This document shows positions 7,577-16,627 of a stretch of 50,525 bases of DNA, in pieces. Each line of letters opens with the position of its first letter. The first letter of the stretch is position 1. A program made the translations under genes and the position numbers. The notes beneath the pieces are model-generated. The model had not been told where the DNA came from, did no database searches, and saw nothing but the letters and a program-made list of their open reading frames with translations. The stretch comes from a virus (lineage: Duplodnaviria; Caudoviricetes): positions 1 through 50,525 of the IMG/VR virus record IMGVR_UViG_3300048588_000030; one strand, 5' to 3'.

Positions 7577-7593
7577 TGCCCCATTTTGGTGCG
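7577..7593. promoter_or_regulatory. NtrC-like enhancer box 2
   Basis: TGCCCCATTTTGGTGCG; 28 bp centre-to-centre from box 1. Confidence 0.65.
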
Positions 7594-8055
7594 CCAACGC
7601 CGCATAGCGGCATTATGCGCATACCGCGGTGCAACATGCAGGGACCCCACCCACGGGTGGTGGTACGGAGGGGGGTCGCGCAAGTGAAATACACCCTCAA
7701 ATTATCTCCAAAAAATTATTACCTAGGATTGGGGGCTACGTACTCTGGGGTAGGGTATGTACCCTAAACCCTCACCAGACTGCGTATAATGCGTTTTAAG
7801 CAACTTTAACCCTAAACCAATGCCAAGGTAGCGGGTAGGGGGTATAAATACGTCCTAGACGATTATACGAGACGAGTGCCAATCCGGGGCGGTAGGTCCC
7901 TGTTGGGACCGTTCACTGCCCCGTACCATGCCCTCGGCAGTAGATCTGAACTGCCTCGGGTATTATACGCGAGGGTACCGAGCGTGCACGCTAAATTTAA
8001 ATTTAACCAAATATCAGGTACTTAGTATTTTTGGTAAAAATAAATTATATTTTCT

Positions 8056-8086
8056 TGTCACAAACGACGTTTTCAAACGTTTATAT
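8056..8086 (+). promoter_or_regulatory. Putative phage ECF-sigma promoter (late arm)
   Basis: TGTCACA-aacgacgttttcaaa-CGTTTATAT; the same motif and spacing recur at 40664 and 46585. Confidence 0.75.
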
Positions 8087-8277
8087 TATATATACTACGT
8101 GTTTTTATTATATATATATATAATATATTATATAATATATATTATAATATATATATAAATAATATAATAATTATATAATATAATAAATATATAATATATT
8201 AATAATATATATATATATAATATTATATATAATATATTATAATAATATAATATACTAAAATAATATAATATACTAAA
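8081..8277. repeat. Low-complexity, almost pure A/T tract (TA/TAA units)
   Basis: About 195 bp with only a handful of G/C in an otherwise balanced-GC genome. Confidence 0.9.
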
Positions 8278-8355
8278 CACCGTCCCGGGCCAGTTACCAC
8301 TGTCCCGGGTATATAATAACCATAGCTCCCTGTTGGAGCTTCACTGGAGCCTTGA

Positions 8356-9057
8356 ATGGGTGGGGAAGATATCCAAGACCAACTGCCGGGAAACCAAGAG
8401 TTCCCCGGAGAGGGCTTGGCCTCGGAGGAGGAGCGAGGGAGCGAATACACCACCGGGAAGGAGAACAAACCTCCCCGGAAACGTGGTTACGTTGCTGAAG
8501 CTATGCCGGACATCGCTAGGCGAGTCCGGGATGCCCGTGGTCGTTACCTGACATCCGCCCTGTTCCAAGAAACTAAACGCCCCGACTCACCGTACGAGCC
8601 CATCTACACCCTTGCCGAGTTCCCCAAGCACAATCGGATCTGTGCCCGGCAACTGTACATGGAAGCCAACGACCCCACAGAGTACGCCGCTGCCCTCTCG
8701 ATTCTCGGTTCTTGGGAACATTGGCAGCATCTCTGTGCGGCCCCTTGGTTTGCCCCGGTCGTGGAGCAGTGGAGGGCGGAGCTGAAACAGAAGCTCCTGT
8801 TCGAGGCGACGAAGAAAGTTATCGACCTTTGCGACTCTTACGAATCAAGTTCGTCCCTTGCTGCTGCCAAGAAGCTCATGGACACTTTGGCACCCAAACC
8901 TAAAAGTGCCCCCAGACGCAATAGGACGGCCTCTGACGAACAATCGCCTGAAACCCATATCAACCCCGTGGGTAGGCCCCATAAACCACCCGTGCTCAAC
9001 GAGGTAAGCCCCGAGGACACGGACGCCGATCTAGCGAGGATCTTGGAATTTGGCTAA
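8356..9057 (+). CDS. terS: Terminase small subunit (putative)
   Basis: LYMExxDPTEY..A...LGSWEHW..L....WF...V..WR.EL pattern recalled from SIO1/VpV262/PA11-type phages; first gene of the late arm. Confidence 0.7.
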   Translation: MGGEDIQDQLPGNQEFPGEGLASEEERGSEYTTGKENKPPRKRGYVAEAMPDIARRVRDARGRYLTSALFQETKRPDSPYEPIYTLAEFPKHNRICARQLYMEANDPTEYAAALSILGSWEHWQHLCAAPWFAPVVEQWRAELKQKLLFEATKKVIDLCDSYESSSSLAAAKKLMDTLAPKPKSAPRRNRTASDEQSPETHINPVGRPHKPPVLNEVSPEDTDADLARILEFG

Positions 9058-10600
9058 GCTAACTCTCACCGATGTAGCTCTTGGGGCTAGCGCAATAGCG
9101 GCGATTAACGCCAATAGTGCCGCCATTGAGGCGGCTAGTGATGGATGGGTGTCCAGAGACGGCACGTCCCCAAACCAAATGGAAGCCGATCTAGACATGA
9201 ACTCGCACCGGGTAGTTAATCTAGCTCCCGGAGTAAACCCTAACGACGCAGCTACGGTCAGCCAGATAGCTCCCGGCCCGGCTGGTCCTGCTGGTCCTGC
9301 CGGTCCCACGGGTCCTACTGGTCCTGCCGGCCCTACAGGTCCTGCGGGAGCTGGTGGAGCTGGCACACTGCCCGCTGGGGATTACGGGGACATTGTCGTT
9401 ACAGAGTCCCCAACAACGATCAACATCAAACCAGCGGTAGCTACTGTGGTTGGCCGCGCAGTCATGGGGGCAGTAAGCACTACTGCAGCTCGCACCGCCC
9501 TGGCACTCGGCTCTTCTGCGCTGTACAACGTTGAAGACTTCGACGCTAGTGGTACTGCTGTTGCTACTGTAGATGCACACGTCTCTGCCAGTGATCCGCA
9601 TCCCGTATACGTAACAAACGCGGACTTGAGCGCACATGGACTAGCCGCAAACCCTCATCCAGTATACGCAACAGATGCCGATCTTGCGGCCCACGCGGCA
9701 GCCGCAGATCCGCACGCTGGGTATGTGTTGGACGCTACCTTAGCGGCGCACACCTCAGCTGCGTCGCCGCACGCAGGTCATACTACTGATGCGGAGTTCT
9801 CAGCGCACGTTGCAGGAGTTGATGCCCATCCGGGATACGTCACAGATGCTGAGCTTGCTGCCCACGTGGCTGCTGCGGACCCGCACCCAGACTACGCTAC
9901 CGAGACTTACGTAAACGGAATCGTACTTGCCCCTTTATCTTCTATTCCTGATGGCCTAGTTACTGCCCCCGGACTGGCGTTTTTTGACGAGCCGAACAGT
10001 GGGTTCTATCGTGACACTAACTTTCAGGTCAAGTTAGCTCTCAATGGGGTGAGTAGTTATACATTTACTCAAGGTAAACTAATCGGCCCTTCGGCGTCTG
10101 TAGCTACGTCAGAGACAGGATACGTAAGTGGAGGTACTGTTGCAGCTCGTGATTACCCATCTGGCGGGGGTAAACTGTGCACGATATACAAAGCCTCACA
10201 ACTTATTTCAGCGACCACCGCTACCAAGATTACAACATGGGACAGCCTAGCTAATGCGAGTTCAGACAGTACGTACTTTGGTGCAGTAACTACCGCCAGA
10301 TCAACTGGAGATATTTTTGTTGGCCTCATTACAGGTCGATTTCAGCTAACGCTTACAGGTTACGTGGATGACACAGGCGGTGGGGCTCGTGTGTGGTTCG
10401 AGTTCTATAAAAATGATGCACCGTTAACGGCTCCAGTTAGGACGCTCGTTGATCTGGCCAGTGGGTATTCTGGGCAGGTTGCGCTTTCCACTGTGTGTAG
10501 CGGGACCGCAACTGATACATTCTCAGTGTACGCGTACCGAGAGACTAATAATAGGACTGTGCGGAATTTACACTTTACTGCTACTCTGCTAAGGTCATAA
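9050..10600 (+). CDS. Tail fibre protein with collagen-like and His-containing repeats
   Basis: TTG start; N-terminal anchor (SRDGxxPNxMxxDLDMN), (GPX)8, six 19-aa repeats, beta-rich C-terminus. Confidence 0.8.
   Translation: MAKLTLTDVALGASAIAAINANSAAIEAASDGWVSRDGTSPNQMEADLDMNSHRVVNLAPGVNPNDAATVSQIAPGPAGPAGPAGPTGPTGPAGPTGPAGAGGAGTLPAGDYGDIVVTESPTTINIKPAVATVVGRAVMGAVSTTAARTALALGSSALYNVEDFDASGTAVATVDAHVSASDPHPVYVTNADLSAHGLAANPHPVYATDADLAAHAAAADPHAGYVLDATLAAHTSAASPHAGHTTDAEFSAHVAGVDAHPGYVTDAELAAHVAAADPHPDYATETYVNGIVLAPLSSIPDGLVTAPGLAFFDEPNSGFYRDTNFQVKLALNGVSSYTFTQGKLIGPSASVATSETGYVSGGTVAARDYPSGGGKLCTIYKASQLISATTATKITTWDSLANASSDSTYFGAVTTARSTGDIFVGLITGRFQLTLTGYVDDTGGGARVWFEFYKNDAPLTAPVRTLVDLASGYSGQVALSTVCSGTATDTFSVYAYRETNNRTVRNLHFTATLLRS
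9275..9346 (+). repeat. Collagen-like (Gly-Pro-X)8 coding repeat
   Basis: GPAGPAGPAGPTGPTGPAGPTGPA. Confidence 0.9.
9572..9913 (+). repeat. Six ~57-bp coding repeats (AH...DPHxxY..DA.L)
   Basis: For example AAHAAAADPHAGYVLDATL and AAHVAAADPHPDYATETYV. Confidence 0.8.
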
Positions 10601-10609
10601 GGGCGTATC

Positions 10610-11176
10610 ATGGCGAAACTGGTTCTCACAGATGTAACTAATATCCATACTGGCGCAAGCACGCTGAATGCAAACTTTGCGGCGATTGAAGCGGCGTTCG
10701 AGGATACTGTTAGCCGCTCAGGAGAAGCCCCAAACGAACTTAACACTAACCTTGACGCAAACTCATATCGTGTCTACAACCTAGCTCCCGGAATTGACGC
10801 CAATGACGCGGTTACGGTTGGGCAGCTCACTGGTGCGACCCCTATTGGGACGGCGGAGACGTTCACCAAGGTCCAACACTCTTCTGGTACGTACGCGTTC
10901 TCTGCTGGAGCAACCCTAATCTGGGTACACACCACAGGGGCTTCCGGAGCTACTGGAGCCACACTGTGCCCTGCACTTACAGATTCAGAGCTTATCATCG
11001 AACGTGCAGCAAACTACGCTGTTACAGTCACTCCAAGTGCTGGAGAGAGTATTGTAGGAGGCACTGCTGGGCAGGCTATAGTACTCCTTGGATATGGTAT
11101 TATACGACTCAAGTGCAGAACTCCGGGTACATGGACTATCATTTCTGATTCAGCCTTGTGGAACTTCGTCGCCTAG
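10610..11176 (+). CDS. Short tail fibre or adaptor, paralogue of the upstream fibre N-terminus
   Basis: The first ~75 aa align with 9050..10600 (MAKL.LTDV, NAN.AAIEAA, VSR.G..PN, LD.NS.RV.NLAPG...NDA.TV.Q). Confidence 0.8.
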   Translation: MAKLVLTDVTNIHTGASTLNANFAAIEAAFEDTVSRSGEAPNELNTNLDANSYRVYNLAPGIDANDAVTVGQLTGATPIGTAETFTKVQHSSGTYAFSAGATLIWVHTTGASGATGATLCPALTDSELIIERAANYAVTVTPSAGESIVGGTAGQAIVLLGYGIIRLKCRTPGTWTIISDSALWNFVA

Positions 11177-11177
11177 C

Positions 11178-12716
11178 ATGTCCAAGCACGATGAGATAAA
11201 GCTCGCTGCAGAGGAGTCACTACTAGCCTTTATACGACTTATTGCTCCACATCGTGTTCTGAGTCCGTGCCACGTAGATCTTATTCGCTGGTGGACTCGG
11301 GATGATGCCAAGTCCCATCAGCTAACCCTGATGCCACGGGATCACCAGAAGAGTGCCTTGATAGCCTACCGTGTAGCGTGGACGATTACCAAGAAACCAG
11401 AATCAACCTTTCTGTATATCTCGTCTACTGCTAACCTTGCTGAGAAGCAACTTAAGTTCATCAAGGATATCCTCACTAGCAAGATCTACCGACGCTACTG
11501 GCCAGAAATGGTCAACATGGATGAGGGCCGTCGTGAGAAGTGGACTACTAGCGAAATTGCGGTCGATCACCCTATTCGCAAGCAAGAGGGAGTACGCGAT
11601 CCTACAATCTTTACTGGTGGTCTTACTACCTCCCTTACTGGGATGCATTGTTCTAACGCTGTTCTGGATGACGTAGTAGTTCAAGAGAACGCGTACACTA
11701 AAGAGGGCCGACAGAAGGTCAAGGAGCAGTATAGTCTTCTGGCCTCTATCGAGTCCGCCGATGCCTCTGAATGGACTGTGGGCACGCGCTACCACGCTGA
11801 TGACCTGTATGGCTCCCAGATCGATATGATGGCTGAGGAGTTCGACGAGGCAGGTAACATGGTCTCGCAGGAGCCCGTGTACGAGGTCTACCAGCGTGAG
11901 GTTGAGGATGTTGGCGATGGCACAGGTAACTACCTCTGGCCCCGCCAGCAGCGCTACGATGGCCGGTGGTTCGGATTCGACCAACGAGTTCTGTCTAGGA
12001 AGCGCGCACAGTACTTGGACCGTTCCCAGTTTCGTGCCCAGTACTACAACAACCCCAATGATCCGGATAACGAGGTCATCGGAAGCCACCTGTTCCAGAA
12101 GTACGATAGAAAGTTCTTGGAGAAGCGTGGCGGGACGTGGACTATCCGAGGAAAGACACTGGCTGTATTTGCAGCCATAGACTTTGCGTTCAGTCTAAAG
12201 GCTACCGCCGACTATACTGCTATCGCTGTTGTTGGTGTTAATAGTTCTGGTGAGATCTATGTCCTTGAGATCCTGCGATTCAGGAGCAACAGGATAACCG
12301 ACTACTTCGATTCGCTGATGGATCTACACATGAAGTGGGGGTTCCGTAAGCTGCGAGCTGAGGTGTCGGTAGCACAGGAAGTGATTGTCGAGGAGTTGCG
12401 TGCTCGCGTGCGAGAGGCGGGTTACGGGCTGTCTATTGACACCCACCGCCCAACCCGCAACGAAGGCGACAAGGCTGAGCGTATTCACGCTATCCTTGCT
12501 CCACGCTACGAGAGCCTGTCTATCTGGCACTACGATAGCGGCTCTATCTCAGATCTGGAGGATGAGTTGAAGCAAGAGCACCCAAGACACGACGACTTGA
12601 AGGACGCCCTTGCGAGTGCTGTTTCCATTTCAGTAGTTCCCAAAGAGCGCCAAGCAGCCAACGTTGTCAGTATCAACACTCATTCTAGGTTTGGTGGAGT
12701 AGCGTTCCGTGGTTAG
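11178..12716 (+). CDS. terL: Terminase large subunit
   Basis: Walker A-like MPRDHQKS, Walker B AVLDD, GTRY coupling motif, RNase H-like IDFA...DYTA...HDDLKDA. Start moved to MSKHD at 11178. Confidence 0.93.
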   Translation: MSKHDEIKLAAEESLLAFIRLIAPHRVLSPCHVDLIRWWTRDDAKSHQLTLMPRDHQKSALIAYRVAWTITKKPESTFLYISSTANLAEKQLKFIKDILTSKIYRRYWPEMVNMDEGRREKWTTSEIAVDHPIRKQEGVRDPTIFTGGLTTSLTGMHCSNAVLDDVVVQENAYTKEGRQKVKEQYSLLASIESADASEWTVGTRYHADDLYGSQIDMMAEEFDEAGNMVSQEPVYEVYQREVEDVGDGTGNYLWPRQQRYDGRWFGFDQRVLSRKRAQYLDRSQFRAQYYNNPNDPDNEVIGSHLFQKYDRKFLEKRGGTWTIRGKTLAVFAAIDFAFSLKATADYTAIAVVGVNSSGEIYVLEILRFRSNRITDYFDSLMDLHMKWGFRKLRAEVSVAQEVIVEELRARVREAGYGLSIDTHRPTRNEGDKAERIHAILAPRYESLSIWHYDSGSISDLEDELKQEHPRHDDLKDALASAVSISVVPKERQAANVVSINTHSRFGGVAFRG

Positions 12717-14520
12717 AGCCGTAGTAGACATCAAGCAACTGGCTAACGCTGACACACTGGCTAGTGCTGTGGCTAATCTGTGGCAGTCGTGGAAGAGTTC
12801 CCGCGTAGAGTGGGAGCGCAGCGCAGCTGAGGTGCGCGAGTACATATTCGCCACTGACACGACTAAGACTACCAATTCCATGCTGCCGTGGAAGAACTCA
12901 ACCACTACTCCCAAGCTGTGCCAAATTCGTGACAACCTACACGCGAATTATATGGCAGCACTGTTCCCCACTGAAGAGTTTTTCAACTGGATAGGTGATG
13001 ATGGTGAGGCTGTGACCAAGGAGAAGGTCACTGCGATTAAGGCGTACATGAAGACAAAGCTCAAGCAATCTGACTTCGAGACTGAAGTTAGTCGCCTTAT
13101 CTTTGACTTCATAGACTACGGCAATGCGTTCGCTGAGATCATCTTCGTTGACGAGGCCCACGAACTGCCTGATGGTACGTCTGTATCTATCTACAACGGG
13201 CCTAGGTTGCAGCGCATCTCTCCGTACGATATCATGTTCGACATCACCGCAAAGTCGTTCAAGGACGCCCCTAAGATTACCCGGGAATACCTGTCGGTGG
13301 GTCAGCTTGAGCTTGTAGCCGCAACGATGGCGGACTCTGAGTATGCATTTGCTGCACTGAATCGTGTGCGAGAGTTCCGGCACACGGTGGCCAAGCAAGG
13401 TGTGGATCAGATCAAGACAGAAAGCATTAGCTTTGACGGCTTTGGGAGCATTCAAGCGTATCTGGCTTCAGGTCTTGTTGAGATTCTGACCTTCGAGGGA
13501 GATCTATACGATCCGGAAACTGGTGAACTCCAGACCAACCGTAAGATTGTGGTCATGGACAAGATGTTCCTTCTCCAGAACACGCCACACACGAGCTGGT
13601 TGGGCAAATCCAACAAGATCCACGTTGGTTGGAGACTCCGTCCTGACAACCTGATGGCTATGGGCCCTCTCGACAATCTGGTAGGACTCCAGTATCGCAT
13701 CGATCACCTTGAGAACCTCAAGGCTGACGTGTTCGACCAGATCGCTACTCCAGTGGTATACCAAAAAGGATATGTCGAGGACTGGCAATGGGGCCCGGGT
13801 CAGCGCATCTTTGGTGACACTGAGTCTGATGTGCAAGTCCTTCGCCCAGACACCACGGCCCTGAACGCCGATCTCCAGATCGCCCAGTACATGAACCTAA
13901 TGGAAGAGCTGGCGGGTGCCCCCAAGCAAGCTATGGGTATTCGGACACCCGGGGAGAAGACAGCGTACGAAGTCTCGTCTCTTGAGAACGCCGCTGGTCG
14001 CATCTTCCAAAGCAAGACCCAGTACTTTGAAAAGGTGTTCCTTGAGGACGCCTTGAACCAGATGCTCGTTGCTGGTCGTCAGAACGTCCGTCCAAGCGAT
14101 GTTGTGCGAACTCAGGATAGTGAGTCAGGAGCTATAGTGTTCCTGAACCTGACTCCGGATGATCTGAAAGCTAGGGGCAAACTGGTCCCAGTAGGTGCTC
14201 GCCATTTCGCAAAGCAAGCACAGGTAGTGCAGAATCTCACCAACCTGTCCAATTCCGCTGTCTACCAAGACCCGTCTGTTAACGTGCACATCTCAGGGCT
14301 CCGCATGGCTGAGATCTTGGTGGAGTCTATTAATCTTGGCAGTGGTCCCGCATCACTAGTAATTCCTAACGTGCGACTCTATGAGAGCGCTGAGGCTCAG
14401 CGTGTTCAGAACGTCATTAGCACTCAAGTCGGACAAGAGGCCGGTATGGATTCTCAGGTGCTCGATGAGAGTATGAACGGTGAGGACGCCCCTCTTCCTG
14501 AAGCTGAGATGGGAGAATAA
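12709..14520 (+). CDS. Portal (head-tail connector) protein
   Basis: 603 aa after terL; DFIDYGNAF, RISPYDI, GPLDNL, GEKTAYEV motifs. Confidence 0.88.
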   Translation: MVRAVVDIKQLANADTLASAVANLWQSWKSSRVEWERSAAEVREYIFATDTTKTTNSMLPWKNSTTTPKLCQIRDNLHANYMAALFPTEEFFNWIGDDGEAVTKEKVTAIKAYMKTKLKQSDFETEVSRLIFDFIDYGNAFAEIIFVDEAHELPDGTSVSIYNGPRLQRISPYDIMFDITAKSFKDAPKITREYLSVGQLELVAATMADSEYAFAALNRVREFRHTVAKQGVDQIKTESISFDGFGSIQAYLASGLVEILTFEGDLYDPETGELQTNRKIVVMDKMFLLQNTPHTSWLGKSNKIHVGWRLRPDNLMAMGPLDNLVGLQYRIDHLENLKADVFDQIATPVVYQKGYVEDWQWGPGQRIFGDTESDVQVLRPDTTALNADLQIAQYMNLMEELAGAPKQAMGIRTPGEKTAYEVSSLENAAGRIFQSKTQYFEKVFLEDALNQMLVAGRQNVRPSDVVRTQDSESGAIVFLNLTPDDLKARGKLVPVGARHFAKQAQVVQNLTNLSNSAVYQDPSVNVHISGLRMAEILVESINLGSGPASLVIPNVRLYESAEAQRVQNVISTQVGQEAGMDSQVLDESMNGEDAPLPEAEMGE

Positions 14521-14810
14521 TGAGTTTAGAAGATGAAGTTGGTCTTGTAGCCTCTGGCAAAGCTCTCGCCATGTGGGAGCGGGCTTACGATGGCAAGGAA
14601 TCAGAATCCTTCATCAGCCAAGTCAAGAGCCAGACTATCATATGGAGAGTGCTAGGCAAACTCCTCTCAGACCTGTATAGAGAGCGCCACGCCGCAGAAT
14701 TTGACTTCTCTGACCCCGCCTTTCAAGCTAAACTTATTTATAGCGAAGGTTATAAAAAAGCTTTGAAGGATGTATTCCGACTTATTCCAACCTTGACCCC
14801 GGAGAAATAA
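14520..14810 (+). CDS. Small conserved head-module protein
   Basis: 96 aa between portal and scaffold; TAATG overlap. Confidence 0.7.
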   Translation: MSLEDEVGLVASGKALAMWERAYDGKESESFISQVKSQTIIWRVLGKLLSDLYRERHAAEFDFSDPAFQAKLIYSEGYKKALKDVFRLIPTLTPEK

Positions 14811-14811
14811 T

Positions 14812-15621
14812 ATGACCGATACCAACGCCGCGACCCAGACTGTAATCGAAGAGATCATCCCAGACACCGCTGATACGACCAACGTGACGCAGGATACCGA
14901 TCCTGTCGCAGCGCTCGTAGGGGAGGGTAAGAAGTTCCGTGATGTAGCAGCCTTGGCTGCTGGGAAAGTGGAGTCCGACAAGTTTATTGAACAGTTGAAG
15001 CGAGAGACCGCAGACCTGCGGAAAGAACTTGCTCAGGTGTCGGAACAGGCCAAGTCCCAGCTTACCATGACTGAGATCTTGGAAGCTTTGAACCGCCGTC
15101 CAGAAGCTAATGGAGACGATGACGCGGGCCAACCACAGCCCAAAGCTATCTCATTAGAGGACATTTCACGCCTCGTTAAGGCTACCAATGCTGCCGAGAA
15201 GGCTGCCGACATAGCAAAGGCTAATCGCATGTCTGTGAACCGGGAGTTGCTCAAGCTGGCTGGTGGAAACGCCGAGACAGCCAAGAAGTTGCTCGCCACA
15301 CGGACGCTTGAGCTGGGACTGTCCAGCGATCAGGTACGCGATATGTCTGAGCGGTCACCAGCGGCTCTACTGGCACTTATTGGTACTTCGGGGACAACGA
15401 ATGGTACCCAGTCCACGAGTTCTACCACTAGGTCTAACGTTAATACAGAGGCTCTGCTGAACAATGCTAACCCAACCGGAGAACGAAAGTTGTCATGGTA
15501 CACTGCAAAACGCAAGGAAATGGGTGTTAACAAGTTCTACAGTGACTTTGCACTTCAGGCTCAGTATCAGGCAGATCTCAAACGACACGGGGATAGTTTT
15601 GTAGATACTAAGAGAAATTGA
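14812..15621 (+). CDS. Capsid scaffolding protein
   Basis: Acidic N-terminus, coiled coil, LVGEGKKF motif, immediately upstream of the capsid gene. Confidence 0.8.
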   Translation: MTDTNAATQTVIEEIIPDTADTTNVTQDTDPVAALVGEGKKFRDVAALAAGKVESDKFIEQLKRETADLRKELAQVSEQAKSQLTMTEILEALNRRPEANGDDDAGQPQPKAISLEDISRLVKATNAAEKAADIAKANRMSVNRELLKLAGGNAETAKKLLATRTLELGLSSDQVRDMSERSPAALLALIGTSGTTNGTQSTSSTTRSNVNTEALLNNANPTGERKLSWYTAKRKEMGVNKFYSDFALQAQYQADLKRHGDSFVDTKRN

Positions 15622-15635
15622 GAGGATAATTAAAT

Positions 15636-16613
15636 ATGTCATCTATTACTTCTGGCATTAGCCATCTTACACGATCACAGGTATGGTCGGAAGAGCTGAA
15701 GGAGATTCTGCTCGACGAACTTACTGGTCAGGGGCATGTGCGTTGGATTCCGTTCGCTGACGGCGATCTGCTTAACATTCCGTCTATCGGTGAGGGTACG
15801 GTCCGTAATTATACGGAAGATACTGCGGCGCAGTATGACTCGCTTGATACTGGCAACTTCACGTTCCAGATCACTGAGTACCTGCAGAGCGGTACGTACA
15901 TCACGGAAAAGGCTCGTCAGGATCTGAAGTACGCTGCTGAGCTGGAGGCAAGCTTCATCCCGAAGCAGTCTCGTGCTCTCATGGAGCGCCTTGAGACGGA
16001 CGTGTACGCACTTGCTGCAGTCAACGCGTCTGGTGGTCAGGTTGCTGGTCTCAACGAGATCAATGGTGCGGCCCATCGGTTCACCGCAAGCGGCACCGCC
16101 GTTAGTGGCGAGCGCCCGATGGCTATCAAGGACTTTGCTCGTGTACTTTACGGCCTTAAGAAAGCCAACGTGCCCGGCCAGTCGCTTATTGCAATTGTAG
16201 ATCCGTCGGTAGAGTTTACCATGAATACGATGGCAAATCTGGTCGATGTGAGCAATAATCCGCGGTGGGAAGGTATCATTACGTCTGGTATCGGCGCTGG
16301 TCCTCGGTTCGTTCGTAACATTTACGGCTTTGACGTGTATGTGTCGAACTACCTCCCGAGTGCGGGTAACGAGTCTATTGACAGTGTTGCCGTGTCGGAC
16401 TCGCTCGGTGGCGTTTCCAACATCTTCTTCTCGGCTGCCGACGCTCGCATCCTGCCCTTTATTGGTGCATGGCGCCAGATGCCGAAGGTTGATTCGGAGT
16501 ACAACAAGGACTTCCAGCGTGAGGAGTATCTCACCACGGCTCGGTATGGTCTGAAGGTGTATCGCCCGGAAAATCTCGTGGTGGTTAACTCCAGCACGCT
16601 TGTTGTCGCTTAA
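15636..16613 (+). CDS. Major capsid protein
   Basis: 325 aa; GD.LNIPSIG, RNIYGFDVYVSN, ARYGLKVYRPE; strong RBS and biased codons. Confidence 0.9.
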   Translation: MSSITSGISHLTRSQVWSEELKEILLDELTGQGHVRWIPFADGDLLNIPSIGEGTVRNYTEDTAAQYDSLDTGNFTFQITEYLQSGTYITEKARQDLKYAAELEASFIPKQSRALMERLETDVYALAAVNASGGQVAGLNEINGAAHRFTASGTAVSGERPMAIKDFARVLYGLKKANVPGQSLIAIVDPSVEFTMNTMANLVDVSNNPRWEGIITSGIGAGPRFVRNIYGFDVYVSNYLPSAGNESIDSVAVSDSLGGVSNIFFSAADARILPFIGAWRQMPKVDSEYNKDFQREEYLTTARYGLKVYRPENLVVVNSSTLVVA

Positions 16614-16627
16614 GGAGGGCACATAGT

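Noticed and set aside
7316-7597. 93-aa ORF with repeated WHxxCT motifs
   Set aside because: The motif is simply the translation of the three sigma-54 boxes (TGGCAC...TGC); there is no good RBS.
7928-8468. Ile/Tyr-rich ORFs 7928..8158 and 8223..8468
   Set aside because: By-products of the A/T tract.
15675-16622. Long antisense ORFs over structural genes (also 11403..12089, 18498..19442, 22285..23121, 32926..33612)
   Set aside because: Shadow frames of codon-biased genes with no motifs or RBS.
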